NCBI RefSeq assembly: GCF_001194135.2
Contig: NC_069000.1
Span: 47,123,466-47,187,465, forward strand
Origin: Octopus bimaculoides
Taxonomy: Eukaryota
Length of the DNA: 64,000 bases
Direction: 5' to 3'
Under the pieces are notes generated by a model. That model worked only from the letters and a program-made list of their open reading frames with translations. It made no database searches and was not told the DNA's origin. Of this stretch, positions 50,301 to 62,724 are shown one piece after another. A program made the position numbers and the translations under genes. Positions within the stretch are counted from its first letter, which is position 1, and every line of letters begins with the position of its first letter.

Positions 50301-51791
50301 TCTAAATACTATGACTGTTTTATGAGTGGTCTTAATGACCACCAGGATCAGTCTTCAGTTTATTGCGTAGGAATTGTCCTGGTATATCATTTGTCCTATG
50401 GCACTCCTAGCAAAGACCTGCCATGCTTGAGACTAACCAGTCAAGACATGAAAATGGATCCAGGCCTCACCTGCCAAGATTGTCATTGTAACAAAGAAAC
50501 CCTAACCAAATTACAAAGTGACCCTTTAAAATTCCACTCAGGCTCCTTTCTTGTAATATTCCCATTTAATTATTTTCCTTTCTCTTTTACTTATTGCCAC
50601 AGATCAATGGGAATGGACAATGTGATAAAGTTTGCTGAAGGTTTGCTCGTTCCAATCAACTACGCTACCAACATGGGTTGGGGCAATGAACTCATCAATG
50701 CATCTGTTGAGTTCTCCCTCTGTCTCAAGAGTATTCATCTTGACCACTCAGAATTTTGTATTCTCAATGCTCTCGTCTTAACATATCCAGGTGAGTAGTC
50801 ACACCCAAATGTTGCAAACATTGGGTTTCTTTTTTATTTCTTTTTCTCTTACTAACATTATTTACCTGGATTGAAATACCCAGCCATTTACTGGAGAAAT
50901 CCTTTTGGCCAGCCACTCTTCCTGGTCACTAGTTTAATGTCTCCTTTTCCAAGCTCACATGAGTTTCGTGGAATTCAGAGAGGCAGACTTTTTGTGGTCA
51001 AAAACCTTCCCTGTTGCCATTCCTCACCTGTTTCTGACAATTATCTTGTGATGTCAAGACAAGAAGACCAAACGTGTGTGTGTATGATGGGCTTCTTTCA
51101 GTTTCCATCTACCAAATCCTCTCTCTAGGCTTGTATCAGCTAAGGGTTATAGTCAAAGGTGCCAAACAGTTTGGTTTTGTGAAATTTACATGATTGGGAA
51201 AGCAAACTTCTGGCCCAAACAGCCATGCTTGTGTCTTTAATTAAACTCAAAGGGTTTGTAACAGTTTTGAGCAAACCGCAGCCCACGGGGCTTTCCGAAT
51301 GACCTGTCTAATGAAAAATGAAATGACTTTGAATTTTTGTCTTTTAGCAGTATGGCTTACCTGATGATGATGATGAACCTTGTCTCATGCAGCCTGCTTC
51401 TTGTCAAAGGTTGCTTCTGCTTAGATTATAATCTAACAAAGAATTCATTCCACACACACACACACACACACCTGTGCCATGTAATATATAACAAATCTTG
51501 TTTCTTTTTCTCTTGATTTCTTTTTGGTCATCCTTGCTTTCTCTCTCTGCTGTAGATGCCTCAGGTGTACAAGACAAACAAAAGGTTGCTGCCATGCAGA
51601 CGAGAATCCTCGACACACTGCGACGCTACGTCTCCAAGAAATACTCCAGTGACCTCCAGCGTTATGGCAAGATGCTGCTACGTCTGCCAGCCCTTCGCAC
51701 CCTCAGCGCCAAAGCTGCCGAACGTTTCCTCTCACTGACCCTGGAGGGCAGTTCCCACATTAATGAACTTGTGTCCCAAATGATCAGCTGA
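44639..51791 (+). CDS. Orphan nuclear hormone receptor, 459 aa, RXR-related, probable NR7/NR8-type: join(44639..45218,48008..48190,48895..49002,50023..50107,50603..50790,51556..51791)
   Basis: Two C4 zinc fingers ([30 protein letters not shown]...[30 protein letters not shown]), [21 protein letters not shown] signature WAKKVPGFRDL...DQTALL and helix 10 LLRLPALR. All five introns are GT-AG with consistent phases (1,1,1,2,1). Total 1380 nt, ending in TGA. Confidence 0.95.
47011..47228 (+). mobile_element. tRNA-derived SINE with Meta-like central domain
   Basis: B-box-like GAGTTCAAATTCC, then GCCTTTCATCCTTTCAGGGTCAATAAATTAAGTACCAG. Copies at about 1080-1280 (-), 15965-16190 (-), 17480-17640 (-) and 52140-52380 (+). 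Confidence 0.7.
48008..48190 (+). CDS. Nuclear receptor coding exon 2 (CTE and hinge with Gly9)
   Basis: TTTTTAG|CT gives GCT (Ala), continuing GMKRD-AVREDR. Donor G|GTGAGG at 48191; phase 1 fits the next exon. Confidence 0.9.
48180..48283 (+). repeat. Three tandem copies of AAAGACAGGAG|GTGAGGGTTAGGG at the exon 2 donor; G-quadruplex-prone
   Basis: Identical donor context with GT at 48191, 48238 and 48267. Confidence 0.85.
48895..49002 (+). CDS. Nuclear receptor coding exon 3 (LBD helix 3)
   Basis: CTTTATAG|AA; encodes [36 protein letters not shown]; donor G|GTAAC at 49003. Not listed in the ORF track. Confidence 0.92.
50023..50107 (+). CDS. Nuclear receptor coding exon 4 (LBD helices 4-5)
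   Basis: CCCTGCCAG|GA; encodes [28 protein letters not shown]; donor AG|GTAGG at 50108. Confidence 0.92.
50603..50790 (+). CDS. Nuclear receptor coding exon 5 (LBD helices 6-8)
   Basis: GCCACAG|A; encodes [18 protein letters not shown]...[17 protein letters not shown]; donor G|GTGAGT at 50791. Confidence 0.93.
51556..51791 (+). CDS. Nuclear receptor coding exon 6 (LBD helices 9-12, stop)
   Basis: GCTGTAG|AT gives YPD; encodes [10 protein letters not shown]...[26 protein letters not shown]...[10 protein letters not shown]-stop. Confidence 0.93.
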
Positions 51792-52969
51792 TCAATGCTG
51801 ACCCTTGATCACTTTAACCACCACCACCATCATCACTCCCCCGACACCACCTGGTTTAATGGTTGTGTGAGGAATGTCTTCTTTTTTCACGGAACAAACA
51901 AAAACAACCGTTGTCTTTATTCCCCCCCCCCCGGTTTCTTTATTTTGTTCATTGCTAAAACTTTAGCCAATTTTTTGTCATTTCAATTAACCCTTGGATG
52001 GATACTGTTGGAGGGGAAAAGACACATGCATATAATCAACATACATTATTTAGATTTTTCAGATTAACAAAGATTGTTTGTTTTTGTCTTAGTTCTGTTA
52101 TTTATTTTATTTATTATAATTAAGGCAATGAGCTAACAGACTCGTTAGCAGACTGGACAAATTGCTTAGCAGTATTTCTTCCAGCTCTTTACATTCTGAG
52201 TTCAAATTCCACCAAGGTTGACTTTTGACTTTCATTCTCACAGGGCTTTGTGTCAAAACGGGAAGCCTTTATTATTAGTCTTTCGCAGTCAATAACAGAA
52301 CTAGTTGGATAATGGTGGGGGTTCCAATGTAACCGCCCCCTCCGAAATTGCTGGCCTTGTGTCAAAATTCGAAAGTACTTTGAAATGAAGAAAGGCAAAA
52401 CCAACATTCCTGGCATTTGAACTCAGAACATGAATCCCAATGAGGTTCGAGAAGCATTACCACCATGCCGCCCGAAATGGTGGCTTGCATTTGTCCCTGC
52501 TTTATGTTCAACGTCACAGGGGTCGATTGGGGGGGGGAGGTCAATAAAACAAATACCAGTTGTGCACTGGGGCTGATGTAATTTGTTAATAGTTTAACAA
52601 CATTATCAACCCGAGACAGATCGCAGCAGCCACTTATAAAGATATATCTTAACAGCTTCATTAATAATATTTTCTTTAAAAAATAATGAAGAGTTTGGAG
52701 AGATTTAGCAAAATAATTAACTTTTAATAGGCTTNNNNNNNNNNNNNNNNNNNNNNNNNNNNNNNNNNNNNNNNNNNNNNNNNNNNNNNNNNNNNNNNNN
52801 NNNNNNNNNNNNNNNNNNNNNNNNNNNNNNNNNNNNNNNNNNNNNNNNNNNNNNNNNNNNNNNNNNNNNNNNNNNNNNNNNNNNNNNNNNNNNNNNNNNN
52901 NNNNNNNNNNNNNNNNNNNNNNNNNNNNNNNNNNNNNNNNNNNNNNNNNNNNNNNNNNNNNNNNNNNNN

Positions 52970-53270
52970 GTTCAGTTCCACTGCGTGGCACCTTGGGCAA
53001 GTGTCTTCTACTATAGCCTCGGGCCGACCAAAGCCTTGAGTGGATTTGGGAGACGGAAACTGAAAGAAGCCCCTCGTATATGCATATGTGTTTGTCCCCC
53101 CAACATCACTTGACAACTGATGCTGGTGTGTTTATGTCCCCGTAACTTAGCGGCTCAGCAAAAGAGACCGATAAAATAAGTACTAGGCTTACAAAGAATA
53201 AGTCCTGGGGTCAATTTGCTCGACTAAAGGTGGTGCTCCAGCATGGCCACAGTCAACAAGTAAAAGAGTA
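52970..53270 (+). mobile_element. CORE-type SINE, young copy with its head in the N gap
   Basis: GTTCAGTTCCACTGCGTGGCACCTTGGGCAAGTGTCTTC...GGAAACTGAAAGAAGCCC...CCAGCATGGCCACAGTC. Confidence 0.8.
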
Positions 53271-55982
53271 ATCAACTATTTGAAATATAATTCTCCCCAA
53301 ACTATAATGGAAGGTTTTAACAAGAGTGTTATTATAGAACGAGGGGTAGTGTTCAGGGAGGATTAATAAACAATAGTTATGAGGAGGTTAAGGGGTTTAT
53401 TAACTACAGACTGCAATGTCATCAGTTCAAAGCTTACGGCTGTCACTGAATTTGTATGGCAAGGTACATAACTCTGCTAGCTCCAGTTTCTTAGTTGGAA
53501 GCGTCAAGGGTGGAGAGGAAGGTCGTTCACTGGGGACAACAAATATAACCTTAGGAATTTGAGTCAGAAGAAAACAAAATATATATATATATACACAACA
53601 GGTGAGTATGACATGCTTTCACTAATTGGTTTTCAGGTGTGTCTGTAGTTGTGAGCAGGCACAGACGCCTCAACTCTCTCACCCTTGACTCAATGGCACA
53701 TTAAGGTTGTCAGATAACTGCACCAGCAGTTGGGTGGTACACCTTTACAGCTACATGGACTGGAGCAATGTGAAATAAAGTACATTACGTCGCCCAGTCA
53801 AAGAATTGAACTTATGACTGTGAGCTGTGGAGCTGAGCACAAGGACGGACACACCCTCACATAACAGTTGTAATTAAGTTAATGAGCCATTTACATGAAG
53901 AGAAAACATTAGCAATCAGCTGGTACAACACTTACTCTCTGGCAGGACAGGTTCCAACAGAGTCAGTCACCATCACTCAATCGTGGTCTGATTATACATC
54001 TGTCACAGGCTGCTAGATCCTGGACTTATGTATTAAATTTACGGAAATAATTAACATCCAGGTAATTTCTGTACATACAAAGAATGCCTCCAAAATTTTA
54101 TATCATTAACAACAGGATTTCTAACACATTTCTGTCAAGCCAATCAATATTGTAATTAGCTAATTGGACATCTTTTATATCATTAGACTGCTCACATCTC
54201 ACTAGATGTCATAATTATAATTAGGTCGTAGCTCTATCATATTTATGACATTAAACTGTAGAGAAAAGGTGGAAGAATTAGTAAAACAAACAAAAAAAAA
54301 GCCTTGCAGTATTTCTCCCAGGGTTCGAATCATGCCAAAGCCAACATTGGTGTCCTTTCAGGGATAAAACACTAGTCAAACACACAGAGGTCAGTGGCAT
54401 CAAATAACCCCTGAGCTTAGTGCCTAAATCACAAGCGAGAAATTGTTTAGTTCCTTATCAGTGCTGATCCAGCCATGACCATTCCAGTTTAATGTGTTTT
54501 GAAAATGGTGAGGCTGCTATTTTTAGCAGACCAAGTTACCACATAGAAACTGCTGCATTGGTCCACCAAGTTGTTGCTGCTTCTGCAGACATTATTACAC
54601 AGAACAAAGAATCCCAACACTTGCGAACCACTTGAAAATCCAAGAGAGCAGATAAAGGTGAAAGAACCAGGATTTAATCTGACTTTACTCACAATATTCT
54701 TTTTGTTGTGTGAATTCAAATGTAATTTGCTGGCGTCTGATCTTAGTTGTTGAGGTTTCTGTGTTGACAGCCACAGAAGTGGATCCTAGAACAGCCAGCT
54801 TCCTCCATCAGGGGTCAATCATCTGTCCAAAGCCGTGTGTTCTTGGGGTTTGTCCCTTTTCTCGATGTCCACATCATTGCTATCTTTGCATGTCCAGTGG
54901 CTGCCACATGAAACCGACACAGTGTTATAATGATGCGAACCAGCTGGAGTATAGCCTTGTAGAAGGATTTCTTTTGTTTGTAATTCCGTCTTGGCAAGTG
55001 TCTTTGAATAGTCTTCCATCAACATCATTGGCCAAATGTTCTTGTCCCATTTGTTGGCCACTATTGCCATCCTCTGGATATAATTATCAAAAACCAGGAG
55101 ACAACACCTATTGAAAAAGCATAATGTGAGAATATAGTGACCACTCTGGAGGAGAAGTGAGATGAAATCTGAGGATGGTATGTCTGGCAGATGAAAAGCC
55201 AAGGGCCATTGATGAGTGGTTGTTTAAAAGATGTGCGCAACTTCTGTAGACATAGAAAAAGAACAAACATTGAATTAATCACTTTAACAAGAAAGTATTA
55301 AGCAACAATATTTTAATGAATGAAACGAGATATAAAATTAACATCTTTATTTTCACAGTTGAGATGAAAATGTAATTAAGGCACTTACAAAAAAGGGTAC
55401 AATAAAAGGGGATGTCATACATGAAGAGGGAGAGAAAGATTTTAAGACTATATTCTATAGTTTCTCTAAGACACCACTAGGGACCAAATAACAGCATAGA
55501 TTGAACCCCCCAATGGTTTGGTTAAGAAACCAATGTGTTCTAGAATGGAACATTTGGAATGCAGAAGTGGGGTTAGGAGGGTCTTTGAATAAATAAATAA
55601 ATAAATATGGTAGTATCCCAGCATGGCCACAACCAACAAAGAGAAACAACAGAGAAGTGGAGGATTGTTTTCTTCTATGACAGGAAACTTCTAAAGAATT
55701 CAAAACAAGAATTGTCTGAGATCAGAACTTAAGAGACACAGAATTGAATCTTGACCGATAAGAAAGCCCTTGCTGTTAAATTAATTACAATTATATAAGT
55801 ACAAGGATATAAACACAATTCTTCTCTGCTGCTTGTGGACCTCCCCACCCTCCACTCAAAGGGATGTCTCCTGACAGACTGTTTCACAATTGGTGGATTG
55901 ATCATCAGAGAAGACATACTTCTTGCCTTTCCTATCCAACTTACAAGCACTTAATGGCTTGTCATTACACCAGACAGCTTAA

Positions 55983-56211
55983 TTAACCCTTTAGTGTTCA
56001 GATTAATCTATTAAATGTAATACTTTTTTCACTCAAATTGTTTTGAATTAATCATACATTATCTTACAGCTTTGAAGTTTCGATGGTGTGATAGTTTATT
56101 TTTAGAATGTCATTGTAGGTTAGGTGTGAGAGGCTAGATATTGACAGTTTGAATATAAAACATGTAGAATATTTGGGCCGGATATGGCCGGTTTAAACAC
56201 TAAAGGGTTAA
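55983..56211 (+). mobile_element. TTAA MITE family B, intact
   Basis: Perfect 16-nt terminal inverted repeat TTAACCCTTTAGTGTT / AACACTAAAGGGTTAA. Partial copies at 26585-26810 and 41945-41996. Confidence 0.85.
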
Positions 56212-59200
56212 ACATACTTGGCTTTAAATAGCTCATCATTAATATACATTTATTACACACAACACAGCAGGTATCAGACAAATTGAATTAAATCTAAAGC
56301 TTTTGCTGTGAAATTAATCACAATTACATAAATTAAATATGTAAATGCACTCCCCCGCCTACTCTTAGTTTTCTGGAAATGACAATATGTAAGGTTGGTA
56401 GAGTTTAATTCTTATTGAAAATTTTTAAGGTTCTAGTTTTACCATTATAAGACTTAGAAGAAACTCTTTCTTTTATTTCTTACTAACACAAATGCACGGC
56501 CAAGTGATTATGGTGTTCAGGTCACAAATCATTAGGACATGGGTTCAATTCTTGAACTGGGTAGCAAGGTATATCTTTGAGCAAAGTATTTTATTTCACA
56601 ATGCTTCAGTCTACACAACAAAAAAAACAAGTACCAGCGATTGCTGTGGGTTAAATCTGCAATAGACCAGATCCTTTTCAGTGATCTTTTACTGCCAACA
56701 CCTAAGCACCTTGAAGATTCAGATAAGCTCTGACCCCTATCATATTTAGAGACATGGGACAGACTTTAGATTAATCAGAGACCAAAACCACCAAAAACTG
56801 TTCAGTTTTAGAAAAACTACACAAAAAATCTAAGAAACAAAAAAATAAACTTCTTTTCTTGATTATTCACAAAAGAGAAAGGAACCTTTTGCACTCAAAA
56901 TTACAAATACAATTATGCAAATTAGATTTTGGAAAGCAGCCATTAAACAACAACGATAATGATGATTTCTATGTCAGATTTCAAGACAATTTTCCTAAAT
57001 TAATAATCGAACAATATAGAGCCATATTGAAGTGATGAAAAAATGGTTCAATAGTTTATATAATGTGTAAGGAATACACGCAGTATGGAGTTGGGACAAC
57101 AGTTCAAAGGAGAACTCAATACACATGCAGGAAGATACGTTTATTAGTAGCAAAAGACCCTAAATAGAAGAGAGGGAGAGTTGATCTGGTTCAGGGATCC
57201 AGTGATAATAATGGCTGAACTTCAATCATTAAGGGACATAATAATAATATTGATGAAGAAATTCTTCATGATGTTAACCAAATCTGTTGTGTCTGAAACC
57301 ATAAGAAATTTAAGGTTAATGAGTGATAAAACATCATGGACATAGGATGACGCTGACGCATTCAGAATGACACCTGATAATCACAAAGCTGACCTCAACA
57401 GCCCGAAAATATCTCCAGCAATAATTAAACCTTGACTAAGCACTAAATATTTAATTGGACCTTAAAAATGAGTTTGTTTCACCAAAGTTTACAATATTCC
57501 ACCCCTGCAAGACAGTTGGTACTTGAAAGCTAATCCAGGAATTTGTGTTTCAGTTTCCTTCCTCCTGACAAGAATTTAAACTTCTCAACAACATTCAACC
57601 TCTTTATCGTGTCTCATGCACCAGATTCCTTTAGTAAAGTTGACAAAGTGGACACCACCATAACAGGCCAAAACTCTCGGTGGTCAGTCATTTTGGCCTC
57701 GGTCTGGTGACTATGTCGGTCAGTCTGACAACCCTACAGTCTCACTCAAAATGGAGTGGGATTCCAAAGTGAAGAGATTTGGGTAAGGAGGTGCATGAGC
57801 CAAAGTTAGAACTCACTGAAGTTAGAACAGAATCTCATGAGTTCTACCTTCAGCAAGTTAATTAACCAACATAATTTCATTAAAAAGGAAAAAATAAAAA
57901 CATACAAATGTACTTGTGACAACATTTTCCAGTTGTACAAGTACATCAGATGTGATAGAAGAGGAGGTTAAAAAAAAAAAAAAAGCAATCACAAACAAGA
58001 GTTTTCTGTGTCCTGCAGAAACAAATAACAAAACGAGACAGATTGAATATTCCATCAGCTTAAAGTACCAATATCTTAAAACTTTTGGCTTTTCTACCTT
58101 AAAACTGAATTTTTAAAAAAGTTTTGATCTCTTAAAATTGTTTTGTAAACTTAAAATTACCAAAACTGCCAGGAATCAAAATAGAAGCAACAGAAACAGG
58201 AAGAAGGTGTCTGGGTATATTTACAACTGAAGAGAGTAAAACTGAGAAGTTGAAAACGACAAACTCCACTTCAATAAAAAATGCGTTGAACTACAGACCC
58301 AAACATTACGCGTTCAAGACTATATGCTGGTACTGTCTAGGAGTCTTAACGGAATCAAACTACTTCTCATAAATATACACATGTCTTCCTTAATTAAACT
58401 AGATGGACTTAGGCAATCTACACCAAGTTGTTTGGCTTTTAAAATTCTTTGAAAATATCTGGATTTGGAAAACCATTACATCTACAAAATGGATTAAAAA
58501 ACAAAAAACATCAATGAGAGAAGTTTCTCACACACACACATGGAATAAACAATTGCCCAATGAAGTAACGTTGTGTGTCCTCAATGTATATCTGTCAAAT
58601 GATGTTTCGTTGTAAACCAAAAACTCCAAAAAGATGCCAATGTTAGGGGGCAACAACTACGAGGAAATAAATCTTGCTTGGGAAAACTGAGCCTCACACA
58701 TTAAATAAAAAAAGATCAGTAATGGTTCAAAGTTAATGATGACAACAATGACGGCAAGAAAAAAAAAAACAGGGTAAAGGAGACAATCCAAACTCTCTCT
58801 TCTCAAAATATTCACTGATTTCATGTGGCAACAAGTTTAGACAACAACAAAAAAACTAGAGTGTAATTGATTCATCATCATCATCAATGGATGAGTAGGA
58901 AAGAATGTGTGGTTAAGAAGCTCAATTCACAATTATGTGGTTATGGGTTCAATCCCAGAGTACAGCACTTTGACCAATGTCTTCTACTACAACTTCTAGT
59001 CTTGTGAATGGAATTTGGTAGACAGAAACTGTACAAAACTCCTTTAAATGTGCATGAGAGTGTATGGACACACCCATTCTTGTCTTGAGTTAATGTTCAC
59101 AGTCTATAGAAAAGAAATGACTATTCTGCCACCGGGCTTTTATGTCTGATAACTTAGCAATGTGGCAAATAGAAACTGATAAAGATTCAAAGTAATACAA

Positions 59201-59546
59201 TGGTTTGATATGATTGAGTAAGCCTTGCAAGCTGATGTTCTAGCATGGCCATTATCCAGTAACAACCCATTAAAAGAGTGAGCATTACATAGACACATGT
59301 GTGTGTGTATACACAATGTATGAATGTGTGTGTGTGTGTGTATGTATATATATATATATATACATTGTCTTACTTGTCTCAATCATCTGAGTGTGGTCAT
59401 GCTGGGGCATTTACATGAACAAACCCTGTCCTTATTTACAAGTCTGATATTGACCGCAATTGGTCAAACAACTTAAGGGACATAAACAAAACACCATTTT
59501 TAAAAGCAATGGTAACAGAAAACAGACATAAACATACATTATGTAT

Positions 59547-59582
<36 letters not shown>

Positions 59583-60495
59583 TTGTATAGACAGGCACCC
59601 AATGGGTTTCCACATAATTACTATTTACCAATTTCACTTGCAAGGCATTGGACAGCCTGAAGTTATAGTAAAAGACATTTGGTCAAGGTACCGTGCAATG
59701 GGATTGAACCTGAAACCATGGGACAATGGAAAGGAGCTGTGTGCAGAGAGAGAGAGAGAGAAAGTGAGACAGTAGAAAAAGGGGGACTGAGGAAAGGTGA
59801 ACAGTGCATACGTTGGGGGTGGTTGGGGGAGAGACCAAAATAGATCTCAGAAGGTTGGAGCCAGACAAAGATGAGGATGGACAACCATGAGTGGAGAGGG
59901 AGAGAGAATGAGGTTAAATAGGCAACTTGAAACCATCACAAGAATAAGCGAATGCAAAATTGATACAAGCACACACAAGTGCATACATGTGTATACATAT
60001 ATATATATTATACACACACATCTATACATACATTATATATATACATTATATACACACACACACACATATATACACATTATATACACACGTGTATACATTA
60101 TATATATATATATACATATGTATACATAAATATATACACATGCATACACACACACGTATATTCTTTTATGTGTTCCACCCCCTTCACTACATTACCCACC
60201 ACCCAAAGGACTTTTTCAAAAGAATGAAAATAATTTGGACATTTTTAAAGAAAAATAAATGAAAAACAAAGACAAAAAAAAAAATTGTACTTCTTTCTGT
60301 GGTGTTGGTGGAGGTGGTGGCCATCCCCCATCAGAAAGTTGTAGGAAACTTCTTCATTTGTAAGAGACGACCATCGGATAACTTAGAAAAGGATCAACAA
60401 GGTCATTGGTCTGGCCAGATGGACATAGACTTTGGTTGGACACGTCTAAGGTGAAGTGCAGGGACAAGAAAGGACGGATCCATCACCTTCCTGCT

Positions 60496-60555
60496 TCACT
60501 GCAGTTCAAACTTAAATCCTCTTTTCTCCAGATCTTTTCTGGCTTCTTTCAGTTG
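60496..60555 (-). CDS. DPM3: DPM3 last coding exon (coiled-coil tail, stop)
   Basis: Acceptor TTTATTTTTCAG|CAA; encodes QLKEARKDLEKRGFKFELQ, then TGA at 60498-60496. Confidence 0.92.
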   Translation of the reverse strand, partial: QLKEARKDLEKRGFKFELQ

Positions 60556-62457
60556 CTGAAAAATAAAAAAATATTTCATTTAAATAATACTCAGAGTATC
60601 AAGACTATCGAAAGATACCTGGCACATTCTGCCTGAGCTAGTGCTCCCACTGACAACACACCAGCCATATCATATGCATAAATACATATACAACACTTGT
60701 ATACACATACACTGCAAATATGCACACAATACACACACAGGAAACTTGCCATAAATTAAATTATTAATCAATATTTGAAAGTTAATTAACTATACATTTT
60801 TCTGTCATCATCAATGTTTAAACAAGGCTTTGGAACTGAATTTATACGAGAGAAAGAGATAGTTACCTGTTTCAGTTCTGAGGCAGCATTGATGCAGTCA
60901 TTGAATGTGGCAACACGATATCCAATGATTCCTAGAGACACACACTGGACGAAATAGAGAGAGAATGGCAGAGTGAGAGAGGTGGTCGTAGTAATGGGGT
61001 GGAGATGAAATAGTATGGGTGTATGTATATTTATTTTACAAATCCATTGACAAACACACACATATATATAGGAGGAGACTGAGTGTGTGTGACATGTTGG
61101 AAGAGTGTGTCAAGAAGCAGTTTCTACTTTGGCAGAATAGTTAAATCAAGGAGTAACGCACCACCAGGTCAATGGCCATTGTGTGAGGAATTCACTCAAC
61201 AACAGACATCAGAGTTCCACTAATTTATCGACCAATTTTGACTGATAACACAGATTTAGCGTGTGCCTACCAGGTACTGCCCAATCATGCAGATGGGACT
61301 TTGGGAAACTTAAAAAGAATTATATGTAGATAAAAGTCACTTCTTAAACATCACACCTCCCTTGCTCAATAAACACCAAGTTGCAAAGCTGTTTATTTTC
61401 TCCTTTCGATAAAATGGTAATGACAATTTTTAAAGTTTGATTGACATTTTATAAGTGTGAAAAGGATTAAAATTTCGATGCTCCGTATCAAAGTTTTTGA
61501 CAAGAATAGGCAGAAAATCAGAGCTTGAGACAAGAAGACACTTTTGACCAATCAGAATTCTCTTTACATAATGAGCTTGATCGGTCACCTTACTCTGTTG
61601 GTTGAGTAAAGTATCATCCAAGCTGATGTTTATTGGTAATTAAACTTAATTTGCAACATTTGTGCGTATTCATCAGTTTTGTTTTTGTTGATAATTCTTA
61701 ATATTTCCTGGGATCATGATTTGAGAAGACATACAGCAGTAAGCTAAAGATCAGACATAATCCCTTGTGGGCAAGAAATGTAAAACAAAGTTTATTATAA
61801 ACAACACAAACACTTCATAATTTAATAGCTTTCAATGTGATACCTGTTAAACAGAAATTATTTTTATCTAATGAAAATTTAATCATAAGTAAGTCAAATT
61901 ATGCTAAATACAACTAAATTGAAAACCTTTTCCCTCTGGCGATATTGGCAATTCTGAAAACTTGATGTGAATTTTACACGAGTAGAAGCTTTTTTTAAAA
62001 CTAATTTTATCCTGAAAAAAAATCACCTGCGTAAATTACACAGGTGTGCAAATTACATGAGTTTTTACAGTATATATATATATATATATGTATATATATG
62101 AGAAACAAGGAATAAGAAGAACTGAATGGTTACTTACAGCAAAGGAAATAATCAAATAGAGAGGCATCTGTAATGGAAAAGTAAAAAAAAATTAATTAGC
62201 TATGTGGGGTGGGGAGTAGGACAGGGAGTGTGTATGTGAAGATGTAGGGGAGGATGTGCACAGGATGTATAGGGGAAAATGGACTCCAATTTCAGAAGAA
62301 AGATCAATAAAAGAATCGACAAAGCTGTAATATTTACCATGAGGGCCACATTGCGTACTTGTTTGGAGAAGATGACATTGTCATGGTCGAAGAGGAAAGC
62401 AGACCACAATGACATAATCACTCCGATGACGAAGAACCATTCACTGGCTTTGTTAGC
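60496..62457 (-). CDS. DPM3: Dolichol-phosphate mannosyltransferase subunit 3: join(complement 62338..62457, 62138..62167, 60867..60944, 60496..60555); initiator ATG exon not located
   Basis: Spliced product ANKASEWFFVIGVIMSLWSAFLFDHDNVIFSKQVRNVALM-MPLYLIISFA-CVSLGIIGYRVATFNDCINAASELKQ-QLKEARKDLEKRGFKFELQ-stop aligns with recalled human DPM3 (KLAQWL...[52 protein letters not shown]). All introns are GT-AG, phase 0. Confidence 0.93.
60867..60944 (-). CDS. DPM3: DPM3 exon (GYRVATFNDC motif)
   Basis: Acceptor CTATTTCGTCCAG|TGT; donor CAG|GTAACT; 78 nt. Confidence 0.93.
62138..62167 (-). CDS. DPM3: DPM3 30-nt microexon (MPLYLIISFA, start of TM2)
   Basis: Acceptor TTTTTTTTACTTTTCCATTACAG|ATG; donor GCT|GTAAGT; fills the LPxYLLVSxG gap in the DPM3 alignment. 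Confidence 0.88.
62338..62457 (-). CDS. DPM3: DPM3 exon (TM1 and loop)
   Basis: Acceptor CCTATTTCAG|GCT; donor ATG|GTAAAT; 120 nt. Confidence 0.88.
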
Positions 62458-62690
62458 CTGAAATAGGAAGAATGAGAGAGGGAGGTCAGAACTGGACGTC
62501 TCGACGATGGTGGGGATGGAGTGTGTGGAGTGGTGGTGAGAGAGAGAAAATGAGCATGTGTGTGAAGATGGAATGTGTGTGTGTGTATGCACATTTCAGT
62601 TCATTTTAATCAACGACAAATTTGAAAACAAGATTTTAAGAAGTTGCTTCAATGTAATAAATAATGGTTCACAGTATATCAGATAACATG

Positions 62691-62724
<34 letters not shown>

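Noticed and set aside
54760-55000. Possible very old RTE C-terminal remnant on the minus strand
   Set aside because: Only faint motif resemblance; not supportable by eye.
61589-61622. Possible extra DPM3 exon (LDDTLLNQQSK)
   Set aside because: No pyrimidine tract, 34 nt would shift the frame, and the DPM3 alignment is complete without it.
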